The notes below the pieces were generated by a model. It did not search any database. It saw only the letters and a program-made list of their open reading frames with translations, and was not told the DNA's origin. This document shows positions 38,326-48,397 of a DNA stretch of 64,000 nucleotides, in pieces. The position numbers were made by a program, and so were the translations under genes. How positions within the stretch are numbered: position 1 is the first letter of the stretch; every line of letters starts with the position of its first letter. The stretch spans positions 55,242,001 to 55,306,000 of the forward strand of contig OZ320317.1 of assembly GCA_976226885.1 (NCBI GenBank). Reading direction: 5' to 3'. This DNA comes from Iphione sp. A-MEVVRFRX5 (lineage: Eukaryota).

Positions 38326-41289
38326 TTATTACTATTATTATCAATTGTTAATAATACTAATTCTAATAGCCTATGTGCAAAATGCTAATCACCATGGTGA
38401 TAGAGGGCAAACTTTGGGCCGGCACAGAGTGAGAGCTGTCCTATCAGTGATAAGAGATCAGTTGACCGAAACCCAAGTTTGCCGCCACTGTCATTCTTAA
38501 CACACTTCTGCAGTTGATCTATGCACTCGAAGAGGTCAGTGAAAGACGGATACATATTTACAATTTTAGATGAAAATTTGATTCAAAGTGAAGCCAATAA
38601 TCTTTAGCCTCATGTCAGATTCGTGATTGTCGATTCCTCCATGACGCATTATTTGAGATGGCAAAATCTTCCCTTACAATACTAATACTCGTATTTTAGA
38701 TACATCCTTGTTTTATTGTGATGCGTTTCTATTCCGTCAGGTAGCGTAATGGTGAGATAAGCCGAGAAGTGGAGCTGCTGAACGTCATCGGGCAACCAAG
38801 ATGCTATTTGGAGAGACACGGTCAACCTTAGTTGATTTAAACTGGAGGAAACAACCACAGATATATTGTACCATGACCAAAGTGCCATGACGAGACTTCA
38901 GACATGATATGTCACAGTGCCAAATGGTAACTTGGTACCAAGCATCATAAATTGCACCAGGACTCAGGTGATTATTCTTAAAAGGGTCCAATATAAGATA
39001 TTATGTAAGGTCCTACACTAAGTGACCTATCAACAAGTCACCGGGTGGTGCTTACACATATGACAGTCTTTTTATTCCATAGTCAATGATCCCTTCCCTA
39101 AGAATAACTCAATTCAACTCACTCTATGTTTCCTACCCTTTGCAGCCCCTGCATTTCAGGCATTTGTGGAATGGCTTGTGTGGGATATATAACTTGGCCA
39201 ATGTATGTTCTGGGTGACAGTTCGAATCATCAGTATCCAAGCTCTACCTTTTATTACCACATCATCAGCACCTACTTACGAAATCTCCTGTCAAACCTTT
39301 GTGCGGATAGTTGAGAATTATTTCACATTCGTGGAGGTCCAGTACATGTATTTGAGACTTTATTACATGTCGTGCACTTACATATCCAAAATAAAATGGC
39401 AGGTAATGATTTTTAGGATTTTGGACAAAATATGTTTTTGTGTGTGCAGATAATTGCTAAAGATTAATTCCAGCATCAGAAATTAACCTCAGTATTAGAT
39501 TGCATAAAATATATTGATTTTAAATAATATTTACGAGTTTGTTGGTAACAGACAACAAGAAGTGAAACTGAAACGATCTTGACTTTCAATAACCATTCTA
39601 TTTCAATATTATATATAATACATCCTGACACATGACCCTGTATTTGACCCCATTCGAGCACACTGTACTGTTTTTCTCTTAATTAACATGAACATCCCTG
39701 TGCTCATGCTGATGCCTGCATGATGCCTACCCTCAACACCCTCACCAAACATAACAATCACCGTAACCAGTGTCAGCTTACCTCAAACCGAGAAACGCCT
39801 ATGAATTAAACCATGCATTCATTGAATGACCTCAAGTGCAAGTTATGGCATCGTCAGTCCAAATCTTTACCAACTAGTATCATTATCAACTTAGACCTTT
39901 GCCGACTCTCATCCTGCCTGACTCAAGCTTGCACGTTGATCGGAAGATGGCAGGCAGGCCAAAGTATTGGCGAGTAGGCGGGGAGCAAACAATGCCTTGC
40001 CTCTGTTACGTCAGGCTCTGACTCATACTCAGCAGTCAGAGGTCTCATTCCAGCAATCAGACACTCATCCGGGTTTGTTGATTTACATTTCCATGATGAT
40101 TTGGTCTGTGAAGCATGGCTCCATAGATTTACACAGCTCCCCCTAGTGTGGGCCCCCCAAATTTAGGTTGGAATCTGCCTTCTACGTATATGGCGAGATA
40201 AAGTCTGTATCACCTCTTGCAGCTCCCCCTTTTGTCTCTGTCTTCTCTTATGGGCTTGGTTAGCACTTGGCACTGAAAGAAGAACCTTTATCCACCTTAG
40301 CTGAGTAATGCAACTCTTGCATCAATAAGGAGAATATTGAGTCCATGTTGGTATCTAAGATGATAAATTTGCTGGAACTTTCAATACTGAAATTAGTATT
40401 TACCCTATTTACTATGGTAGACACATGAACGACATAAGAAATAATGTTTGAAAAGTAAAATTACATTGGATTGTCTTAGGATATTAGAATTTATTGTTTT
40501 AGAAACTTTTATGGCGATATAAACTTTTAATAATGTGATTAGCATAACTGTTATGGAGTCAGAAGATACCATGAGCGGATGTGTGCATTGCTGGGTTGGC
40601 TAATTAAGTTGGCTAATAGCACATTTTAATGTATTTTGTGCTAAAGCCAATCTTGTTTAGAAAGGTGTGTCAATCTCAGTACTAATATTCATCAAGTACG
40701 AAAGTAATTATAATGTCAAAAAGCTGGCATGAATCCACTTTGAAAATGAAAATCTTCAGGGGACGTAAGCTAATTAACTAGTCTTAGGAATCTCTGAGAA
40801 CTACTTTCGTATAAAAGGCCTGGATTTCTATTGAATCTTGATTAGCCAACTAGTCTATCCACTCTTATCAGGCAGATCAGGAAGAGAAAAGGGGACTACG
40901 AGCATGCTTAAGCCATTTTCAGCCACTGTAATGTTGGCTGTGGAAGGTCACTTTGTATGTCCTCATCAATATGTACTTCAAAGGCGGAGATATGTAGCGT
41001 GTGTGTATGTGGGTGTGCACTTGGCACGTCCATGTCAGTGTCCACGTGTACCTCAGTGATGTGTTCAGCGACATTTTGGTTTAATAATAATAATGCTTTT
41101 ATTCACGTCTCCAAGATACATTATGAAGATCTTTCGGGGATCATAGTCGATGTACACGAAGAACATAGACATGTACACATATAGGAGGTAACAATTTTGT
41201 TGTAAACTATATGTAACAGTACCTACTGCAGTGGCGATCATAGTTCACATAATGACAGCTTCTTTATCCTGTATAACAGTTTGTCAGAC

Positions 41290-42702
41290 TCATCCCATCT
41301 CTGAGGGATACAGGTAGAGCGTTCCAATCTTAGATACCAGTGTTTATAAAGGATTGGGCATATTTGACTGTCCTAGGCTTCATTTTCATGAGCACCCTAC
41401 CTATACTGTGCCTTGCAGTCCTCAGTCCCTGCTTAGTAAGCCTTGATCTACCATTCTAGCTTTAAGACTGATTCTCTGACTCCTTCCCCTATCCTCCAGG
41501 GCCTCAAGACCCAGTCTCCTTCTCAGGTGCCTAGCTGAAGCTCCCCCTTGGGTTATTGGCTACTACTAGGCTAAGGCACCTATTATTCACCTTGGATTTG
41601 ATATTTGGTTTTCTTGCTATTTCCCTGTAGGCATAAGAGCCCATAGTCGAAGATGGGGCATAGGAAAGCCTTAAATATACGTGTCCTATCGTTATAATTC
41701 AACAAATGAGCGACCTTCGCTAATACCACTGTCCTATGTTTTGTTTTTCTCTTTATCCCATTAGCTAGAGCTGCCCAAGTCAATCCTTGGTCGACTCTGT
41801 ATCCCTACAGATCTACCTCTGTACATTTCTTTAACTTTATCCCACTGTACCTCCAAGTCAAGGTCGATCGGACTAGACTTCCCCAAAAAGATGTACTGGG
41901 TTTTCTGGGTGTTGCGTGAAAGCCCCTGATCTCCACACCATTCTATGATATCCTTTATAGTCCTAGCCAGTTTCAGCTGTAGGGCAAGGATAATGCTCGT
42001 GGAGCAGTAAACAGAGATGTCTGCATAAATTACAGAGTCGAGTATGATCAGACTGGCTGGTGTCAAATTTACTACAAGTGAGAAGAACAGTGGGGCCAGA
42101 TGACTCCTTTGTGGCACACCTACCTTTAGCTCTCTACGAGATGATCTACAATTGTTGCAGCTCATGTACTGACTCCTTCCTATTAAGTATGATTCAAACA
42201 TCTGAGCATAGTGTTGCCAACTCCACAGCTCATCAGGCAGTGCGAAACAACTTGATCAATAAATCAAACGCTTTGGATAAATCAAACATGATTAATCCGA
42301 AGTATTTACCCTCATCGACCGAGGTGCTTGTAGAAATGTTGCAACCACTGTACTAGTCTCCCCCCCTTGTCGGCAACCGTGTTGGCTGGGGAGAAAAAAT
42401 TCTGTTCCTCCAGAAAGGCTACTAGCTGTCGATGTGCTAACCTTTCAATTAATTTCCCCACATATGGGATTATGGAGAATGGACGGTAGTTTTTTACTGT
42501 TGTACTAGCTATTTTTTCAATATAGGACTGACCCCAGACGCTTTCCACTCCTCCAAGAAAATCCCTTGTCTTAAGGAGATATTAATTAGTCTATATAGAG
42601 GGATCAGGTAAAGTAATAAAGCATCTCCCAGCACTATGGAGGACACCCCCTTCATTCCAGTAGGTTTTTTAGATTTAACCTCATCAATTCCTTCCTTAGT
42701 AC
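41290..42702 (-). pseudogene. Degenerate CR1/L2-like LINE ORF2, 3' part (split by the Gypsy insertion)
   Basis: KNYRPFSIIP..KLIERL, FESYLIGRSQ..GVPQRSHLAPLFF, YADIS, C-terminal SF..WNALP; many stops and frameshifts. Confidence 0.8.
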
Positions 42703-43577
42703 TGTAATTAGCGTGTTTAATTCTCCACTTGGCAGTATCCAGCTATGACTGCTAGTATCCTGGCTTAGTTGCCTTACTAGTATTGCTCCACTAGGTAATC
42801 CTCAAGCCCACCCTTAAGGTTGCTCCAAGTGGTTTTGTGTTCCTATCATTCCCTGAAGAGACAAGTGCCACAACGTAATCCAAGTTCAGACTGACTTTAT
42901 TTGCCACACTGGGCTCTTATTTATAGCAATCCACAGTGTCATGTGATCAGGCCATGTATCAATGTATGGAATAAAACTGCTACAACATGTTCAGTGTCAC
43001 TCTGTTCCACCAATCAATGCACAGGCAAAAGCTACAAAGTAATAGGGGCCTGGATTACCAGGGCCCAAGGTCACCCCTAACTTTTTCTTTGCTATGAATA
43101 ACGGTGGTGCCACGGTTCTTTCTTAAGTCCAGCCTTTAGGGTCACAGAGTGCACCTAATCTAGCCGTGGCACCACGACTTATCTTATTCAACTGTAATAC
43201 CGAGGTCACCGAGTACATCTTATCAAACTGTGGCACCACGACTCTGTACACTTATTACCAGTACCAGGGTCACCGAGTACACTCCATCTGGCCGTGGCAC
43301 CACGATTTATCTTATTCAACTGTAATACCGAGGTCACCGAGTACATCTTACCAAACTGTGGCACCACGACTCTGTACACTTATTACCAGTACCAGGGTCA
43401 CCGAGTACACTCCATCTGGTCGTGGCACCACGATTTATCTTATTCAACTGTAATACCGAGGTCACCGAGTACATCTTACCAAACTGTGGCACCACGACTC
43501 TGTACACTTATTACCAGTACCAGGGTCACCGAGTACACTCCATCTGGCCGTGGCACCACGACTTATCTTATTCTACA
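42703..43577 (-). repeat. 3' LTR (875 bp) containing a 128-bp (2 x 64-bp) tandem array
   Basis: Matches 52889-53763 with 2 substitutions seen by eye. Confidence 0.97.
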
Positions 43578-43590
43578 CTCTCCCCTCCTT
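43578..43590 (-). promoter_or_regulatory. Polypurine tract
   Basis: AAGGAGGGGAGAG directly abuts the 3' LTR. Confidence 0.9.
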
Positions 43591-44072
43591 AAAACACAGT
43601 CCCCCTCGTGAAACAGGAGTCAGGGTACTTACCATCTAGCCGGGCATATCGGGGAGTCCTCCTTCAACTTCTGGGGTAGATATAGTCTTATAAGTTGTTG
43701 GCCCCCCCCCCCCGTGCTCCCTGATTGGGGTCAAACAGTCCATCCTTGAATAGATACTCAGGTTTCAATTCTTCCTTATTTTTGTGAGGTACAGTCCTCT
43801 ACTTTTGGCCTTAACTCTCTTGTGTAGCCACCCCTCACAGAGGGTGAAATCCAGTGGTCAAAAATTTTTTTTTTTGGAGGTACAGTCCTCTTTTGTTTCC
43901 TGCTCACGAACATCCAGAATAGCAATCCCCCATTGGGGGCAGGAGTACAGCTTGCTTACCAAGCAACAAACAAAGAACCTTCAAAATATATTTCTTTTTT
44001 TTTTTTTTTTGGATACAGTTCCTTTTATGCTTTCCTTCTAAAAGATTAGCTTAACAGTGACTCATCCCTTCT

Positions 44073-45464
44073 TTACTCTGTAGAACCTTCTCGGGCGTCA
44101 CCCGCCTCGGTGCTTAACTCCTCCTCTTCATCATCTCCCCAGACGTCCTCAAGACTGAGGAGGGACTGCAGGGGCGGCGCATGGTTACAAATGTCCGCTA
44201 AGGTGGGGTGTCGGGCTTGATGAAGTCGATGAGCCTCCTGGGCCTGCTGGGTCCACTGGAGGAGCTCTGTGTTTACCCGGCGGGGTCCTCGGGAGGGTCC
44301 GGGTTGGGTGTCGCGCAGGGCGGCTTCGGCGGCTTCAATGGTTTTGTTATTGCGAGTGAGGAGGTCGGCCGGGTCCCCCCACTCGTTGGCTGTCGGTATT
44401 TCCAGTCCCGGCAGCAGAAGAGCAGGTCGTTTTCTTAGGGGGCCTAGCAACGTCCCTGGCAGCCGGTCCCCCTCCTCGGCAAGCTGAAGCACCCACGCCA
44501 GCGAAGCACTCGTCATCATGCGTTGAGCTGGTGTCATCTCCCCCCAACAGGGTGGCGGCCAGGTAATCGTCGGGGGAAGGCGCACAGCCGCTGGCTCGAA
44601 ACGGCTCCTCATCACGGGTATCCTCGGATGGGCGACTCCATCCAGCATGTCGCGGACTAACCTAGTGGCGGGGTCAACCCACCCAGGGGGGACGTCCGCA
44701 CGGGCGAGGCGGACCAATCGCCCTTCCAACAACAGTGGGAGGTTACCAGCAGCAGTTGGGTGGTCGGTCTCTCCAGTGGCGCCGGTATCCCTAACACCGA
44801 CCCCTTCTAGTTGGGCAGTGGCACCTTCTGGCTCGGCGGATGGCCCGGCCCGAGGAGCGGCCTCCCAGGAAGGGCCTGGCTGAGGTGAGCCAACAGGGCG
44901 GTGGGCATCCTCTTCGGAGTCCGGTGTCGGAGGTAGTCGTGGGGTTGCCAATTCCAATGCCCTTTCAGGTTGAGGATCAGCTAGATGGCATTTCCGTAGC
45001 GGTAGAGGGGCCGGGGCCCTCCGCGATGAGGCAGCCAGCATGGCCTCGGCTTCCTCTGGTCCGAGGTAGTCTCCCCGCTGGCGTAACTCTCGGGCCCACA
45101 GAATAATTTCGGTGATCTCGTCATCGGGAGCCTCAACTGTCGGCGCCGGGTTCGCATCATATAAGCGGCGATAGGGGCGCTCCACCATCCCCAGGTTCAC
45201 CGCCCATGGATGGTACCGGCGGTGGTGGGATACCCAGGTTTGGTCCTCGCTGAGTGTCTTCGGACACAGAAAACAACGGACAAAACGCCTGCGCTTTCCT
45301 TTATGAAATTCGTCGTCGTGGCGCTTCATGGAGTCGCCAGGGTAGAAGGGGCGTCGCTTCCCAGCGACCTCACACTTGGGGCAGAGCTTGGTCCCCTCCG
45401 GGAGGGGGTCGTCCTTGTCCAGGGTGCGCGGGAGAGTGGGGCCGTCGATCTTATGGCGAGGCAT
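44073..45464 (-). CDS. Gypsy accessory ORF (463 aa from ATG 45464): two N-terminal C2H2-type zinc fingers, Pro/acidic middle region, acidic tail
   Basis: CPKC-x17-HDDEFH and CFLC-x12-HHRRYH. The intact 1.4-kb ORF sits at the env position but shows no signal peptide or TM segment. AGA-ATG context. Confidence 0.8.
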   Translation of the reverse strand: MPRHKIDGPTLPRTLDKDDPLPEGTKLCPKCEVAGKRRPFYPGDSMKRHDDEFHKGKRRRFVRCFLCPKTLSEDQTWVSHHRRYHPWAVNLGMVERPYRRLYDANPAPTVEAPDDEITEIILWARELRQRGDYLGPEEAEAMLAASSRRAPAPLPLRKCHLADPQPERALELATPRLPPTPDSEEDAHRPVGSPQPGPSWEAAPRAGPSAEPEGATAQLEGVGVRDTGATGETDHPTAAGNLPLLLEGRLVRLARADVPPGWVDPATRLVRDMLDGVAHPRIPVMRSRFEPAAVRLPPTITWPPPCWGEMTPAQRMMTSASLAWVLQLAEEGDRLPGTLLGPLRKRPALLLPGLEIPTANEWGDPADLLTRNNKTIEAAEAALRDTQPGPSRGPRRVNTELLQWTQQAQEAHRLHQARHPTLADICNHAPPLQSLLSLEDVWGDDEEEELSTEAGDAREGSTE

Positions 45465-46305
45465 TCTGGCCGCGGTGCCACCGTTTTTTAGGGTCCAGGT
45501 GTTTCGGGGTACCACGGTCACACACGGCGAAAACAAGGTTTAGGCACACAGATCCCGTGTAGATTACGTATCACAGGAGAATAATAACAATCCTGGGAGG
45601 GCAATCTTATTCAAAGTGAAGGAATTACCTGACGTCTCACGACCGGTCCGCCCGTGGTGCCACGGATTTTTCTTGTCGCTTCGCTGGGGCTCGATGTAGG
45701 TTTTCTCCTCCTTCCACGAAATTGGCAGATAGATCTTTGCTTTCACCTTTTCCTGGTACAGAGTTGACCGGGGGCCCTGTCTGTCCTGTTCCGGGAGAAA
45801 CACGGGAGGGGGGGGGGACAAATCCAACAGTCGATGCTGATCTTCTGGAGCAAACCGTGGTGCCGCGACTTCTCCCAAAGTTTTCGTTTTTATTCGCAAA
45901 CGTTCCTGCCCGTGGCACCACAGTTATTTTAACCCTTTTCTTCTCTTTACGCGGTTTAAACTTGTCGTGCGTTAATTTTAAGTCACCTCCACCCTTCACT
46001 TTTATCCGTGGCACCACGGCTATTTTTCCTCGCAGCCGGATCCAGAGCGAGGCAGACGCGGATGTTGACGTTATCCATTTCCGGCCCAGCCCCACTCGTG
46101 GTGCCACGATTCGTTACGTGATGTTCTTCCTGTAATATTTCCTGTCTCAATCCACAAAAGTTCCCCGGGGCGTGGCACCACCGTTATTCATGACTTGTTC
46201 CTCCTCGTTGCGTGTCGAATCCGTTTCCCCGCGGCGTAGTTCACAAATTGCGTCATAAGATTTTCGGCCCGTGGCACCACGATTATTTTTCTGGCCTGCG
46301 GCAGC

Positions 46306-46313
46306 TATATAAG
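46306..46313 (+). promoter_or_regulatory. TATA box of the antisense gene inside the Gypsy
   Basis: TATATAAG, an Inr-like TCACTC about 30 nt downstream, then Kozak ATC-ATG-G at 46373. Confidence 0.7.
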
Positions 46314-46372
46314 GGGGCGCTGCACTCGACCCGCCGTCACTCGCTGACTCGGCCTCGACGAGGATTGTCATC

Positions 46373-46766
46373 ATGGACTACTGGCCACCTGCCTACTTGA
46401 TGGGATACCCCCCCATGGAGGACAGGTAAGCTTCCCTACCTCAGTGTATTTATCTAGAGGGGTTAACTGGAGAGCCCCCCCTCTTGCTTCCTCCCTCCCA
46501 GGGTAGGGCCTACCCTTATGGTTGGGGGGTGAACCTCCCCCTTCCTCCCTCCAATGGGGTGTACCTCCCCTGCAAGCCCCCCCTTTCCTGCTCACCAGTG
46601 GAGGTTCTCTCCTTTTACCCTTGCCTACCAAGTGTTGTCAGAGACTTTACCTGTTGGGATGGTTGCAGTTGTGTTTGCTGTTACAAGATTCCACCCTCTC
46701 TTGTTTTCAGGTGTGGCAGCCATATTCTCCCGGAGTTGGTCTGGGTGAGTCCAATCTTCTTCTTCC

Positions 46767-46804
<38 letters not shown>

Positions 46805-47541
46805 CATCGCTGCTCTCTTCCTCTTTTAGATCTCAGCCCCCGGACTGGTACTACCGGGCGCTGGACATCGGCACCCCGGGGCCGACAATCAGGATCTTCG
46901 GCCTCTACCCGATTCTTACAGAGCCACTGTTTGTCCCAGCCCCCGGCACCATCCGGCTCTTTGGGCCGAACCATCGGGTAGATGTCTCTGTCTACCCCCT
47001 TGAGCCATCAGTCGTCGACCCCCGATCTTTCACGTCACCTTCGTCCGTTCCAAGGAGCCCGTAATACGCGCCCCGCACGGAAGTGGTCTCCCCGGAGATC
47101 AGCCCCTGGATGGTAACATCGTACTTCACCACGCTGGGTGATCCCCCCGAGCCGTCTCCTCGCTGGTACCGGGGGGGGTCTATGACGCCGCCCGGCCTCT
47201 CACCGGCCGCTTCATCCAGCCGTTCTTGGTCTCCAGGGAGCTGGACCACCGACCGGTTGGACCCCTGGGATCCGCTCTCCAGTACGGACTCCGGTCGCCC
47301 GAGTTCGGCCGGGTCTATCAGCCTGCTGGCGGACGCTCTCTTCGGGCCGTGCTCGCCCTCATCTTCTTCCAGTGGCACTACTCAAGACACGCCTTCACGC
47401 CCCACTCCGGTTGGCTCACCGGCTACCGGCCCAGCACTCGGCAGGATTCTGTTGGATGACCTGCCCGACGATATTCTGCGGGACTGGTTTCCCGAGGTGC
47501 AACCCGGGGACTCGGCCAGCTATCCGATCATCTTAGAGTAG
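46373..47541 (+). CDS. Antisense spliced accessory gene of the Gypsy (exons 46373-46425, optional 46711-46744, 46830/46837-47541); Pro/Ser-rich product of about 255 aa with in-frame TAA at 47062-47064
   Basis: Donors AG|GTAAGC and TGG|GTGAGT; acceptors TTGTTTTCAG| and T-run..CTCTTTTAG|. Exon 1 + exon 3 gives MDYWPPAYLMGYPPMED-R-SQPPDWYYRALDIG..., in frame with ORF 47083-47541. Confidence 0.62.
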
Positions 47542-47650
47542 GGAGGCCGGACTATATACTTCCGAACTGTACATATCATACTTCCGAACTGTACATATCG
47601 TCCTCTAGTATATGTGTTCTGTACTCCAGACTGAAAATACGTTACTCTGT

Positions 47651-47656
47651 AATAAA
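47651..47656 (+). terminator. Polyadenylation signal of the antisense gene
   Basis: AATAAA 110 nt after the TAG, followed by a GT-rich downstream element (TGTGTTCAGTGTT). Confidence 0.6.
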
Positions 47657-48397
47657 TTGTTCTTTTATACCTTGTATACTTGTGTTCAGTGTTCCGTCTA
47701 TTACTGTAGACTATAACTCACTGGTTTTTTACTTGGTGATCATTGACCGTCTTTTCTCCCCTTCATCTAGAGGACAAGGACCTCACCTTGGCTTCACTTC
47801 TAGAGGATATGGAGCGTGACTTGGCTCTTCTTCTACCAGAGGACAAGGACCACATCTTGGCGTTACTTCCAGAGGGAACGGCCCGCATCTCGGTTTCCTT
47901 CTCTCTGTCTCTTCTGGGCTCTTTCGAACTCCCGTTCTGAGTTCCAGGAGGTCCACATCTCCTTACCATTTCCCCCCCAACTCCTCTTGACCAGTGCTCT
48001 TGCAGGGTGTTCAGTCATTTTCTCCCTCCACGGAGATTTTCAGGTGCCCTAGGGGATGGTCGCCTCCCCCCATGAACCTTTCCGGGTTTCCAGCTCGCGT
48101 CTCGGGGCGTTCATCATTCCTCCCCCAGGAGCCTCTTTCTCTTGTTGCACAAATTGCAACTTCAGGTGAGCTCCTCGTACCTCCGACCATATTTCCGGCA
48201 CCTGCAGGGATCCGTGTCTCCCTCTGCCCTGGGCTGTTTTGAGTGTCTACGCACCCTCGGGCTGCCCACCTCGCCCTCTCCTGGGACTTTCAGGCATCTT
48301 GGTACCTCAGGCTTCCCATGTCACCTACCCTGAACATTTTTCAAGAGCACTTCAAGAGATGGGGGTCTCCCGTTCGCCGATTCGCCGAGGCATCTTT

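Noticed and set aside
43165-43560. CRISPR-like array of regularly spaced palindromic repeats
   Set aside because: The spacers are themselves repeated (two alternating types), the array is inside LTRs of a eukaryotic retrotransposon, and no cas genes are present.
43166-43611. ORFs MAPRLILFNCNTEV... (also 53352-53856)
   Set aside because: By-products of the 128-bp LTR repeat, with GTG starts and no coding signature.
44073-45536. env gene
   Set aside because: No signal peptide, cleavage site or transmembrane helix; zinc-finger motifs are present instead.
45564-46135. Overlapping K/R-rich ORFs in the motif-rich region
   Set aside because: They use non-ATG starts, occur in several frames and on both strands, and have no recognisable domains. 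The region is better explained as regulatory.
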